Positions 36,433 to 45,223 are shown, counted from the first letter of the stretch. The stretch is DNA of 64,000 bases from an uncultured Candidatus Saccharibacteria bacterium (GCA_964568535.1 CAZMPQ010000001.1:6183-70182), one strand, 5' to 3'. A program made the numbers and translations. The notes: generated by a model not told the origin, from the letters alone.

Positions 36433-37826
36433 GTCTGCACGGGCGATGATTCGCTCTGTTCCGGCATATTCGGAATGAACGGCACGAGTTGACGTTCCAA
36501 TCCATCCGCCACAGAACGCTTCGTGTCATACAAGTTCTCTTTTTCTCCTGCGTCGTCCAACGCGTACAGATGTTTTTGCCCCTTCCAGCGGAAGAATTTG
36601 TATCCGCCGGAGATCATTGCGATACCGGTGAATTTCCGATCGGTGAGGTCGCCTGCGCTCTCCGATGCCTGCACGATGACCGGCCGTTCGTCCACCTCCA
36701 ACAAGCTTTTTCCTTTATATGTATCCGGCAGCTGCACCCCCGCAAGCGCAAGGAGCGTTGGCGCAACGTCCACCAAGCTCACGGGGCGCTCAATACCGCC
36801 CGCGGGTGCCCGGCCCGGCGCGTGCATGATGAGCGGCACCTGCACGTTCACGTTATAAAGCTTCTGCGGATGACCGAACGAGCCATGTTCCAAAAATTCC
36901 TCGCCATGGTCTGCATGGATGACGACGACCGCGTCATCGTTCAGCACACCGCGCTCCTTGAGCGCGGCAAGAAGCTTTTGTATGCCTTCGTCCACATAGC
37001 GCAGTGAGTCGTCGTAGGTGCTTTGCTGAAGCGGCATGAAATATTTGAATACTGAAGGGAATTCGCCAAAGAGGAATGCGGATAGTTCTGTTGCGTGGAA
37101 TTTGAGTGCTTTGAAAAAGCCTTTTCCGCGGCGATAAAAAAGTCCGTAGGGCGCGTGTGCGTCAAGATAATGGAGCCACAGATAGACAGGACGGCCGGAT
37201 GCGCCATCCAGCGCTTTCAGCAGCTCGCGGTTCATTTCCTCCGCAGTAAAGAACGGCGGTTTGAATCCCAACATATCCTTCAGGATCTTCCGCAGGGTGA
37301 GCACGACCCGTTCCGCCGCCTTCACGAGCGATGCAAGGAGCCGCGAACGCCTGCGGAGCCACTCATGCCCCGCTGCGGTCTTTTTGAGGACTTTTGATTT
37401 CGTCGTTCCTTTCCGGAGACCGGGGCTCATCGGAGCCGATTGGCCGGTTGTCTTTTTAAAGTAGTTCAAATACTTGAACACATTCCAGCCACGGTTGTAG
37501 CCAAAGTAGTCCGAAAGATAGGGTGAAGAATGGATGCCGATGGTCGCGTAGCCCGCCCGCTGCAGCGCCTCGGGCAGAAGAACACGCGGCGTTTCAATAA
37601 AGCCATAGCCGCCATGATCCAGCGGATAGGTAGAGGTGAACATCCCGACGAACGACACTGAAGAGCCGGGGCCTGTTGCGTACGCATGCTTGAACCACGC
37701 GCTCTTCGCGGCGAGTGAATCCAAAAACGGCGTTGTCCCCTTGCCGTATCCGGCGAACCCCATGTGGTCCTGCCGGCCGCTATCAAAGGTAATATGGATG
37801 ATATTGGGTTTTTTCGCGGAATTCAT
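36429..37826 (-). CDS. sulfatase-like hydrolase/transferase (alkaline phosphatase superfamily)
   Basis: KPNIIHITFDSGR, HYLDAHAPY, YVDEG, ADHGEEFLEHG and VPLIM motifs. No canonical C/SxPxR. Confidence 0.85.
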   Translation of the reverse strand: MNSAKKPNIIHITFDSGRQDHMGFAGYGKGTTPFLDSLAAKSAWFKHAYATGPGSSVSFVGMFTSTYPLDHGGYGFIETPRVLLPEALQRAGYATIGIHSSPYLSDYFGYNRGWNVFKYLNYFKKTTGQSAPMSPGLRKGTTKSKVLKKTAAGHEWLRRRSRLLASLVKAAERVVLTLRKILKDMLGFKPPFFTAEEMNRELLKALDGASGRPVYLWLHYLDAHAPYGLFYRRGKGFFKALKFHATELSAFLFGEFPSVFKYFMPLQQSTYDDSLRYVDEGIQKLLAALKERGVLNDDAVVVIHADHGEEFLEHGSFGHPQKLYNVNVQVPLIMHAPGRAPAGGIERPVSLVDVAPTLLALAGVQLPDTYKGKSLLEVDERPVIVQASESAGDLTDRKFTGIAMISGGYKFFRWKGQKHLYALDDAGEKENLYDTKRSVADGLERQLVPFIPNMPEQSESSPVQT

Positions 37827-38003
37827 CTATTCCCCTTCTTCAGGCCCAGAGCCGCCGAAGAGCTTGCGAACGCCGGCAGTGAGCCGGAAAAAACGCGCGA
37901 GCGCCATCTGCCACAGCGAACTCCCCGCGCCGGGGTCAATGTACCCCAGGGCTTTCAATTGCTCTACAACTTCGTCACGTGAGGGATCTTGTTCGTCAGC
38001 CAC
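37827..38003 (-). CDS. 58-aa microprotein with LKALGY + YIDPGAGS motifs
   Basis: GTG start 6 nt after a TTTACA-17-TACCAT promoter. The stop abuts the sulfatase ATG. Confidence 0.7.
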   Translation of the reverse strand: MADEQDPSRDEVVEQLKALGYIDPGAGSSLWQMALARFFRLTAGVRKLFGGSGPEEGE

Positions 38004-38009
38004 GCGATG

Positions 38010-38038
38010 ATGGTAGCAGAGGAAATGGAGGGTGTAAA
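38010..38038 (-). promoter_or_regulatory. promoter TTTACA-17-TACCAT (extended -10 TGn)
   Basis: Read directly from the sequence. Confidence 0.6.
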
Positions 38039-38052
38039 CGCTGACACGCCAA

Positions 38053-39054
38053 TTACTGCCCGGTTGAGGTCGGAGCCGGTGCCGGAGGCGTTGAAGTGGG
38101 CGCAGTAGGAGATGGCGCGAAGTTCTCCGGTGGGAGTGGAGCGGAAGGCGGAGGAGGTGGGGGTTGTGGCGGATAGAATTGGGCGCAGTCGGGGTCGGCG
38201 GAGTCGGTGAAACCGTCGCGATCGTTGTCGATGTTGTCTCCACAAAGGGCTGGGAGGTCTTCTCGGAGAGCCCCACCACAGTCGGGATCTGCTTTATCAA
38301 TTAGCCCATCTTTGTCGTTATCTTCTTTATCACCGCAACGACTCCAAGAATTCTCAGGTATACTATCGCGGCTTGTAGAAATGGGAGGCAAAATCTCCGG
38401 CACCGGGCGTGGAGGTATCAACTCCTGGAATTTGTCGTACACTGCTCGCTTGTTCGCTTCAAAAAGGGATTGGAAAGAGTTTATCGTCCGGCCCTTTTGA
38501 ATATCAATATCTCTCAATATCTCGTTCGGATATGCGTTGAGTAATTCATACGTCCTTGAGTGTTTTTTTACAATGTCGGTCAGTTCTTCGTTTGTAAGAC
38601 GCGAACTCTGGCTTATGGACACATGGAAGGCGTTCGGGGAACCAACGTAATACCACGGTTCTGTTTCGGCCCAGTGACGAGCGGCAAGGATATACGTGTT
38701 GCCCGGGACAAGTCGAGCGCCCTCAAATGCTTCTATATCAACTTGTATCCTACCACTCGCAGTGCCTTTGATGTTGTAAAGAACTTCTACTTCGTACTGA
38801 TAATGTGCAAGCTGACTACCTCCAGGGAGTGTTTGAGGATTGTTTCCTCTCTCTGCGAGGACTTTCGCCGCAAAGACCTCTTGGGCGTAGCCCACTAAGA
38901 CGCGCGGATTGTCGTAGTTGATTGCGTATGAAGCTGCGGGGCTAGAATTTTCTTCGTTTTGCCCATTATCAAGGGGTAATTCAGAGTTCACGGCGACATA
39001 GAAACCAACGATAACTGCTACACTGCTTACGATGATGGCTAGTTGCCTTTTCAT
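38053..39054 (-). CDS. membrane-anchored partner protein B3 (paralog of B1)
   Basis: EVFAAKV...QYEVEVLYNIKG...LVPGNTYILAA, then RTYELLNAYPNEI, two CxDxxDNDxDG..D..DPDC repeats and a Pro-rich tail. Confidence 0.8.
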   Translation of the reverse strand: MKRQLAIIVSSVAVIVGFYVAVNSELPLDNGQNEENSSPAASYAINYDNPRVLVGYAQEVFAAKVLAERGNNPQTLPGGSQLAHYQYEVEVLYNIKGTASGRIQVDIEAFEGARLVPGNTYILAARHWAETEPWYYVGSPNAFHVSISQSSRLTNEELTDIVKKHSRTYELLNAYPNEILRDIDIQKGRTINSFQSLFEANKRAVYDKFQELIPPRPVPEILPPISTSRDSIPENSWSRCGDKEDNDKDGLIDKADPDCGGALREDLPALCGDNIDNDRDGFTDSADPDCAQFYPPQPPPPPPSAPLPPENFAPSPTAPTSTPPAPAPTSTGQ

Positions 39055-39079
39055 TGCATTGTTTAATGTGTTAGGGACC

Positions 39080-42000
39080 TTACCATTGAATGACGTGCTT
39101 CATCCGGTGTGGGTCAAAGAAGTAAGACGGGCTCCAGAGAAGATTGAAATTGAATAAATCTAAAATGCCTAATGTTGTTTGGGGCTCAAGAATTCCTGGG
39201 AAGTAATCGCATGAATGACGCGCCATAATACTATCCCCGTATTCAGTGTGCGATAAACCTAACGCATGACCAATCTCATGGGTTGCAACACATTGTTGCG
39301 AGTCTGAGTAAGAATTCATTCCATTTGTGTTGAATATAATGTGAGCGGTACTCGTAACAAATGGATACCACAATCCCGCCCACGATGAGGTGTCTACTGT
39401 GATATCAGCCACGTATATATCCCAGGTATCACTCGATGACGCACTTGCATTGACGACCATCACATAGCCCGATGACGAAGCGTTCCATGTGCTCATACCA
39501 TCAATAAGTTCTGATTGGTATTGCGTAGAGCTTCCCACTCTCATTTTCAGAGTACTAGAATTCACTCCAGGCGGAGACCATGTTGACTCACTAGGACTCG
39601 CAATAAATGCACTCATGTATGGACTAATGTCAATGTAATCCGATACGTCATCACCTGCTCCTGATGGGTTTTGACCAGAATGGTAAGGTCCTGCGTTGTC
39701 GGTAGATGTAGAGATATCATCAAGCGGAAACCATCCTCCCCAGAAGTTGTTGGTCATCGTAGATGTCGGCCCCGATGCATCGTGGAGCGCACCGTAGCCT
39801 GCAGTCGCATTGCTGAAGACGGTACTTGAAGACATCGTCACATTGTTGCCGCTCGTAACTCTTACGCCGTTGTAGTTGTCGTGTATTGAGGCGTATATGA
39901 TAGTCGTTGTTCCGGCCGTAAGGTACAAACCGTGCGTTTCTGCATAGGAGACATCGCTGTTTCTGATGTTCAGCACTCCCCCGTTGTTGTAGATATTTGC
40001 ATCACTTGCCGCATCTCCTCCGCCATATCTGACAACGCTTCCCACAAGCGTACTGCTCGCACCTGTATTGAACTTGATATGTCCCCAGTCACCTACCGCC
40101 GGCTGCGTCGTACTGTTGTTTGTGTCCCCTCCTACCGCATCATCGTGATACGACGTGAAATATACCAAGGTTGAGCTCAGGGCTCCTCCCTTCACATCAA
40201 GCTCTCCGTTCACGATGAGGGAGGTATTGGGTTTGAACTTGATGACGGTGCCGGACGCTACGGTGATTTTCACGCCGGAGGCGATGGTAGCGGTACTTGT
40301 GACGATGTATGGGGAGAGGTTGTGGGTCCAGGTGGTGCTTGCGGTGATAGTGCCGGAGAGGAGGTTCGCCGTGCCGCACCCTGCCGTCGTACACACTTCC
40401 GCACCGCTTCCGCTGTTCCAGAGCGCATTCCGAGTACTCGTGGATATCCGCGACGTGGACAGGAATAGTTCGTCAATATGCCAGCTGTGCTTGTAGTCGG
40501 CGTTCAAGCCGTTCACCTGGAGATCGGTGGAGTAGTTCGTGGTTGCGCTGTCGGTGAACGAATGTTGGCGCACGTTGTCCACGTAATAATCAACGATCGA
40601 GCCGCTGCGAAGCACTGTTACCCAGTACCACGTGGATGTCGCGAGAGAATAGGAGAAGTTCCCCTTGCAAGTCCCGTTGTGCCTGAACTCAAAGTTGTTT
40701 CCCGCGCACTGGGCGCCATACATCACCGCGTCATTGCTTGTTCCGCCCGTCGTCCTGCCGACAAGGGAAGTGTCGTTCAGGGCTTCCATCGGCTTCATCC
40801 AGAACCCAATAGAGAAGTCCCCCGAAAGGTCCATAGCGGATGAGGACACTGTCCAATATCCGGAACCCTGCGTAATGCCTGCGGTTGATAGCTTGCCCTC
40901 GGTAGATCCTGTCCCCCACGACGTGAGGTGGCGCGCGTTCCCCGAGGCGTCGGACGTGTCCTCAAAATGATACAGGCCGACAACGTTTGAAACCTCTACC
41001 CGCGGATTGGGAACGGTCTCCACCACGACGTCCACCACATTGTCTGTGCCGAATTGTCGCCAAGAGGATGTGGCGTTCGTCGCGGTATCCAGCGCTCTCC
41101 CTCGCCAATACCAGAATCCATCGGGGATGGCCGAGATGGTTGTTGTGGCATACGAGCTCGGAGTCACTGCGGTGCTTGTGCCGTGAAGTGCGTTCGTGAA
41201 CGACGTGCTCGTAGAAAGCTCAACTTGAAGCATGAGGTTGTTTGACGATGAGGAGTTCAAAAAAGCTTTGAAGAATACCGTGCTCTCCGCCGTGGTCGCG
41301 CCCTCGCTCAATGGGGTCGTGCCATCAGCTTTGAACTGCGTTGTTGAGGAGATGACGGGGATAGAGGAGGTCGCACATCCTAGTGTAGCGCATATCTCCG
41401 CCCCACTACCACTTGCCCAGAGCGCATCTTTCGTGCTCGTCGTGATGCGAGCGTTCATGAAAAAGAGTTCGTCCATAAGATAGGCGTGGTTGTACGATGA
41501 GCAACCGCCACCCGAGAGACCAAGGGCGCCGATACAGAGGTCGCTGCTGATATTTCCCGTCTCGCTGTCGGTGAACGGGAATACTACGCTGTTGTTCACA
41601 TAATAATCGGTGTTCGTTCCCGTTCGGGCGATGAGGAACCAGTACCAGGTGTTCGTCGAGAGCGTGTATGCCGAAGTATGGCACGTGTTGTTGTGCTTGA
41701 ACTCAACGTGGCTCCCCGCGCATGTATTCCCATAATACACGCCTTCGCGGGAAGAACCGGATATCCGATCAATGAACGGCGTGTCGTTCAGAGATACCTG
41801 TGGGTATATCCAGAATCCGATAGTGAAGTCGCCCGACAGATCCATAACTGATGACGATGCCCGGAGGAATGCGCCGCTCGCGAAGTTTGCCGCATTGGAC
41901 AGCGTACCAGTTGTGAACGTGGTCCCGGAAGCGTTTACGAGGTCGTGTCGGTTCGCCGATGACGTAACGGAGTCTGTCAGGTTCTCCATGTGGTAGAGGG

Positions 42001-42139
42001 CGGTGATGTTGGGGACGTACACGGCGGCGGAGGCGAAGCTTGGAAACAAAAACGCCACCAGAGTGGCGGCGAGGAACGCGGTGGAGAGAGCAACAAGCGT
42101 TGTTCTTTGTGACGGAACGACCCTGGCGTTCCTGAACAT
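39080..42139 (-). CDS. secreted multidomain surface protein A3 (paralog of A1) with C-terminal matrixin-like domain
   Basis: Starts MFRNARVVP like A1. Two LamG-like domains, FWYWRGRA, a beta-helix region and HEIGHALGLSHTEYGDSIMA. Confidence 0.88.
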   Translation of the reverse strand: MFRNARVVPSQRTTLVALSTAFLAATLVAFLFPSFASAAVYVPNITALYHMENLTDSVTSSANRHDLVNASGTTFTTGTLSNAANFASGAFLRASSSVMDLSGDFTIGFWIYPQVSLNDTPFIDRISGSSREGVYYGNTCAGSHVEFKHNNTCHTSAYTLSTNTWYWFLIARTGTNTDYYVNNSVVFPFTDSETGNISSDLCIGALGLSGGGCSSYNHAYLMDELFFMNARITTSTKDALWASGSGAEICATLGCATSSIPVISSTTQFKADGTTPLSEGATTAESTVFFKAFLNSSSSNNLMLQVELSTSTSFTNALHGTSTAVTPSSYATTTISAIPDGFWYWRGRALDTATNATSSWRQFGTDNVVDVVVETVPNPRVEVSNVVGLYHFEDTSDASGNARHLTSWGTGSTEGKLSTAGITQGSGYWTVSSSAMDLSGDFSIGFWMKPMEALNDTSLVGRTTGGTSNDAVMYGAQCAGNNFEFRHNGTCKGNFSYSLATSTWYWVTVLRSGSIVDYYVDNVRQHSFTDSATTNYSTDLQVNGLNADYKHSWHIDELFLSTSRISTSTRNALWNSGSGAEVCTTAGCGTANLLSGTITASTTWTHNLSPYIVTSTATIASGVKITVASGTVIKFKPNTSLIVNGELDVKGGALSSTLVYFTSYHDDAVGGDTNNSTTQPAVGDWGHIKFNTGASSTLVGSVVRYGGGDAASDANIYNNGGVLNIRNSDVSYAETHGLYLTAGTTTIIYASIHDNYNGVRVTSGNNVTMSSSTVFSNATAGYGALHDASGPTSTMTNNFWGGWFPLDDISTSTDNAGPYHSGQNPSGAGDDVSDYIDISPYMSAFIASPSESTWSPPGVNSSTLKMRVGSSTQYQSELIDGMSTWNASSSGYVMVVNASASSSDTWDIYVADITVDTSSWAGLWYPFVTSTAHIIFNTNGMNSYSDSQQCVATHEIGHALGLSHTEYGDSIMARHSCDYFPGILEPQTTLGILDLFNFNLLWSPSYFFDPHRMKHVIQW

Positions 42140-42148
42140 GATGATTGA

Positions 42149-42198
42149 ACGATACCACGGAGGAACCCCCCCCCCCCGCACAAGCGGGGATGTGCACA
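42149..42198 (-). promoter_or_regulatory. promoter region with G12 tract upstream of extended -10 TGgTATCGT
   Basis: C12 at 42166-42177 on the plus strand. Same layout as 30335-30379. Confidence 0.55.
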
Positions 42199-42199
42199 A

Positions 42200-43138
42200 C
42201 TATCCGCTGCTTTTCAAATACCACTCAATCGTCTTCTTCAGCCCTTCCTCAAAATCTGTCTTCGCCTTGAATCCGAATTCTTTTTCCGCGCGCGTGGTGT
42301 CCAACATTCGGCGCGGCTGGCCGTCGGGCTTTTCTGCATTCCACTTAATATCGCCTGCGTAGTCCGTAAGCCGCGCGATAAGTTCCGCAAGATTCTTGAT
42401 AGAAATTTCCATCCCTGAGCCGAGGTTCACGGGATCCGACGTATCATATTTCTCTAATGCACTTACGATGCCTTCCGCGGCGTCTTCAACATATAAGAAC
42501 TCGCGCGTCGGCCGGCCGGTACCCCATGCTTCCACGGATTTCGCGCCACTTTGCTTTGCTTCCGCAAATTTCCTGATGAGCGCAGGGACGACGTGTGAGG
42601 ATTTCGGATCGAAGTTATCTCCCGGGCCGTACAGATTCACCGGCAGGAGAAAAACAACATTCATTCCGTACTGTGTGCGATATGCGCGGGCTGCGGTGAG
42701 GAACGATTTTTTTGCGAGCCCGTAAGGCGCGTTCGTTTCTTCTGGATATCCGTTCCAGAGGTCTTCTTCATTGAACGGCACGCGTGTGTACTTCGGATAG
42801 GCGCAGATGGTGCCGAGCAGAATTATCTTTTGCACATTCGCCTTCCGCGCGGCTTCCAAAAGCCGCGCGCCCATGATCGCGTTGTCGTAAAAAAGCTCGC
42901 CGGGTTTTTCCTGGTTGTACCCGATGCCGCCCACTTTCGCGGCCAAATGGATAACCAAGTCCATCCCTTGGACGGCACGCTCGCAATCCTCGGCTTTCCG
43001 TAGGTCGTAGTCCCCCATCTGCGGGACGCGAATATCCTCGTCGCGTACGCCGCGCGCGCGGAGAACGTTCAAAATATGCGCGCCTAAAAATCCGGCGCCG
43101 CCGGTCACGAGAATTTTTTTGTTCTTCAAATCAAGCAT
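42200..43138 (-). CDS. fcl: GDP-L-fucose synthase
   Basis: HLAAKVGGIG, GTICAYPK, NAPYGLAK, NLYGPGDNF, SHVVPAL, REFLYV and KPDGQPRR motifs. Confidence 0.93.
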   Translation of the reverse strand: MLDLKNKKILVTGGAGFLGAHILNVLRARGVRDEDIRVPQMGDYDLRKAEDCERAVQGMDLVIHLAAKVGGIGYNQEKPGELFYDNAIMGARLLEAARKANVQKIILLGTICAYPKYTRVPFNEEDLWNGYPEETNAPYGLAKKSFLTAARAYRTQYGMNVVFLLPVNLYGPGDNFDPKSSHVVPALIRKFAEAKQSGAKSVEAWGTGRPTREFLYVEDAAEGIVSALEKYDTSDPVNLGSGMEISIKNLAELIARLTDYAGDIKWNAEKPDGQPRRMLDTTRAEKEFGFKAKTDFEEGLKKTIEWYLKSSG

Positions 43139-44072
43139 GGTTCGTAAAATCGTTTTCGTTCCACGCGATGGTCTCGCGCAGGCCGTTCTCAAGTGACGTC
43201 GTTGCGCGGAAACCGAATTCACGCTCCGCGCGGCCCGGGTCTAGAATGCGGCGCATTTGGCCGTCGGGCTTCATGCTATCCCACTGCACCTCGCCGCGGA
43301 AATCCATGAGCTTTGCAATGGTCTCTGCAAGCTCGCGAATGGAAATCTCCCATCCCGAGCCGATATTGACCGGTTCCGGCTTGCTGTACCGCTCTGCCGC
43401 AGAGACGAACGCCTCGGCGGCGTCCTTCACGAAAACGAAGTCGCGTGTCGGCGAGCCCGTTCCCCACAATGTGATGGACGATGCGCCGTCGCGCTTCGCC
43501 TCAAGTATTTTGCGGATGATGTTCGTGATAACGAATCCGCGCACCGCTTCCTTGCCGGGACCGTACATGTTGGTCATCAAAAGATGCACCGCATCAAAGC
43601 CGTACTGCGCGCGATATGCCTGCGCTTGCACAAGAAGCATCGTCTTCGCCACGGAATATGCCTCGTGGAGCTCCTCGACCGGCCCGGCCCAGATATCTTC
43701 CTCGCGGAACGGCATTGGCGCTCGCGCGGGATATTCGGTGATGCTTCCGGCGGTGACGAATTTTTTGACGCCGTTTTGCCGCGCGGCCTCCATAAGCTCC
43801 ACGCCCATCACCAGATTGTCGTGGAAAATTTCCGCAGGATGTTCGCGGTGGAACTGCCCGTCGCCCGTGATGCCGGCCAAATGGATAACCACGTCCACGC
43901 CCTTCGTCACCTCGCGGCATGCAGACGCGTTCCGTAGGTCGTGCGTTTCACGCGTCGGAACGACGATGTTCTTCTCCGGCGCGCCGCGGTCTTTCAATGC
44001 CTGGACCACGTGCGTGCCGAGAAAGCCGCTCCCGCCAGACACCAGGATTTTTTTATCGCGGAGGTCAAGCAT
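43131..44072 (-). CDS. divergent GDP-L-fucose-synthase-like epimerase/reductase
   Basis: Tandem paralog of fcl, but with GSITEYP (no Cys) and GFVITN (no His). Confidence 0.85.
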   Translation of the reverse strand: MLDLRDKKILVSGGSGFLGTHVVQALKDRGAPEKNIVVPTRETHDLRNASACREVTKGVDVVIHLAGITGDGQFHREHPAEIFHDNLVMGVELMEAARQNGVKKFVTAGSITEYPARAPMPFREEDIWAGPVEELHEAYSVAKTMLLVQAQAYRAQYGFDAVHLLMTNMYGPGKEAVRGFVITNIIRKILEAKRDGASSITLWGTGSPTRDFVFVKDAAEAFVSAAERYSKPEPVNIGSGWEISIRELAETIAKLMDFRGEVQWDSMKPDGQMRRILDPGRAEREFGFRATTSLENGLRETIAWNENDFTNHA

Positions 44073-44127
44073 CAATGCTTTGATACTACCCCACCGAATG
44101 ATGAAAAAACAACCGTAAAAGTACGTC

Positions 44128-44162
44128 GGCCCCGGACGCGCAACAGGTGCGCAGCCGGGGCC
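44128..44162 (-). terminator. GC-rich hairpin after the 44169-45159 gene pair
   Basis: GGCCCCGG..GCGCA-N5-TGCGC..CCGGGGCC, with T-runs shortly downstream on the minus strand. Confidence 0.5.
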
Positions 44163-44168
44163 AAGTCA

Positions 44169-44777
44169 CTACTTGACGAGCTCCACGTCGTCGATGTCAA
44201 CGAGAGATGCGAACGTCTCGGTGATGAACTGCCGATGGACCTCCGGCATCGGGTCGGGAAGCCGGTCCGCTCGGAAGAACCGGCGGTGCGGCGTTTCCTG
44301 CACGGGTGCCCGCGGAACGCACTTCACGAAGAGCGATAGCGGGTTGCCGAAGGGATGCGCCGCTGCGGGGTCCGTCTCGCGCGACGGCCAGAGCATCGGA
44401 TTGGGATACGAGCTCATATAGACCACATCCACGCCGACCTCCCGCAACGCGATCGTGGAACAGGCCTCCTGGAGCGTGCCCATCACCGGCTTGTACCACG
44501 CGCCCGGGATGACCCAGTGGTCACGGAACGCCTCGGTCGCGCCGTCGTAGAACGTGAGGAGTATCTCGCGGATGTGCGGTTCGTTCGGTGTGGGCCGGTC
44601 TAGTACGAGCTCCGGCGCCCACGTGGAACGTCCCGCTTCGGCGATGCGCCAGCAGCGCTCGCTTGGAAGCAGCCCCTTGTCTCGCGCTACCTTACCGAGC
44701 AGATGGTAGAGCGCCGCCTCCTCGCCGGTCGTGAACGAACTCTTCGGATGGATCTTCTGCAGACCTTCGTCGTTCAA
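44169..44777 (-). CDS. degenerate Nudix-fold protein
   Basis: WVIPGAWYKPVMGTLQEACSTIALREVGVDV resembles a Nudix box. TTG start with a strong Shine-Dalgarno. Confidence 0.6.
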   Translation of the reverse strand: MNDEGLQKIHPKSSFTTGEEAALYHLLGKVARDKGLLPSERCWRIAEAGRSTWAPELVLDRPTPNEPHIREILLTFYDGATEAFRDHWVIPGAWYKPVMGTLQEACSTIALREVGVDVVYMSSYPNPMLWPSRETDPAAAHPFGNPLSLFVKCVPRAPVQETPHRRFFRADRLPDPMPEVHRQFITETFASLVDIDDVELVK

Positions 44778-44793
44778 GACGTCCTCCTTCCTC

Positions 44794-45159
44794 TCAATTC
44801 AGATGCGCCGACTCGCCAGGATGGCGGACTGCACCGTCTTCCGTTCCTTCCTGCGACACCCACCGAACGGGCCGGCGACGCCGGATCGCATCGTCAGCGA
44901 GATCCATCTTCACGATGAAGCGGACCTTTCCGCTTCCGCGCTCGGTCTCCACATCGGCCTCGAACAGCTGACCGGAGACGCTGCCGATGCAGGTATGTGC
45001 GAACTGCGTTGTGATGCGGCCATCCATCTCGTCCGTCTTCACGCGCCGAGCCGCCTTGTACTGCCGCGCCATCTCACATGCGTTCAGCATGAGGCGCTCG
45101 GCAATGCTCGGGGTGACGCACACCTCCGCCCGCAACACGAAAAACCTCTGCCAGTGCAT
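44794..45159 (-). CDS. hypothetical protein
   Basis: 121-aa ORF with GGAGG Shine-Dalgarno and its own promoter. Confidence 0.6.
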   Translation of the reverse strand: MHWQRFFVLRAEVCVTPSIAERLMLNACEMARQYKAARRVKTDEMDGRITTQFAHTCIGSVSGQLFEADVETERGSGKVRFIVKMDLADDAIRRRRPVRWVSQEGTEDGAVRHPGESAHLN

Positions 45160-45190
45160 ACCTCCACCTTCCCTTCCGTAAAAAGCCGGC

Positions 45191-45223
45191 AGTATATTAC
45201 GATAAAAAAATCTACTTTGTCAA
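45191..45223 (-). promoter_or_regulatory. promoter TTGACA-18-TAATAT
   Basis: Consensus -35 within the end of gmd, with an AT-rich spacer. Confidence 0.55.

Noticed and set aside
37827-38300. 157-aa ORF as listed in the track
   Set aside because: Its upstream part overlaps B3 in another frame. Only the last 58 codons, after the GTG and promoter, are credible.
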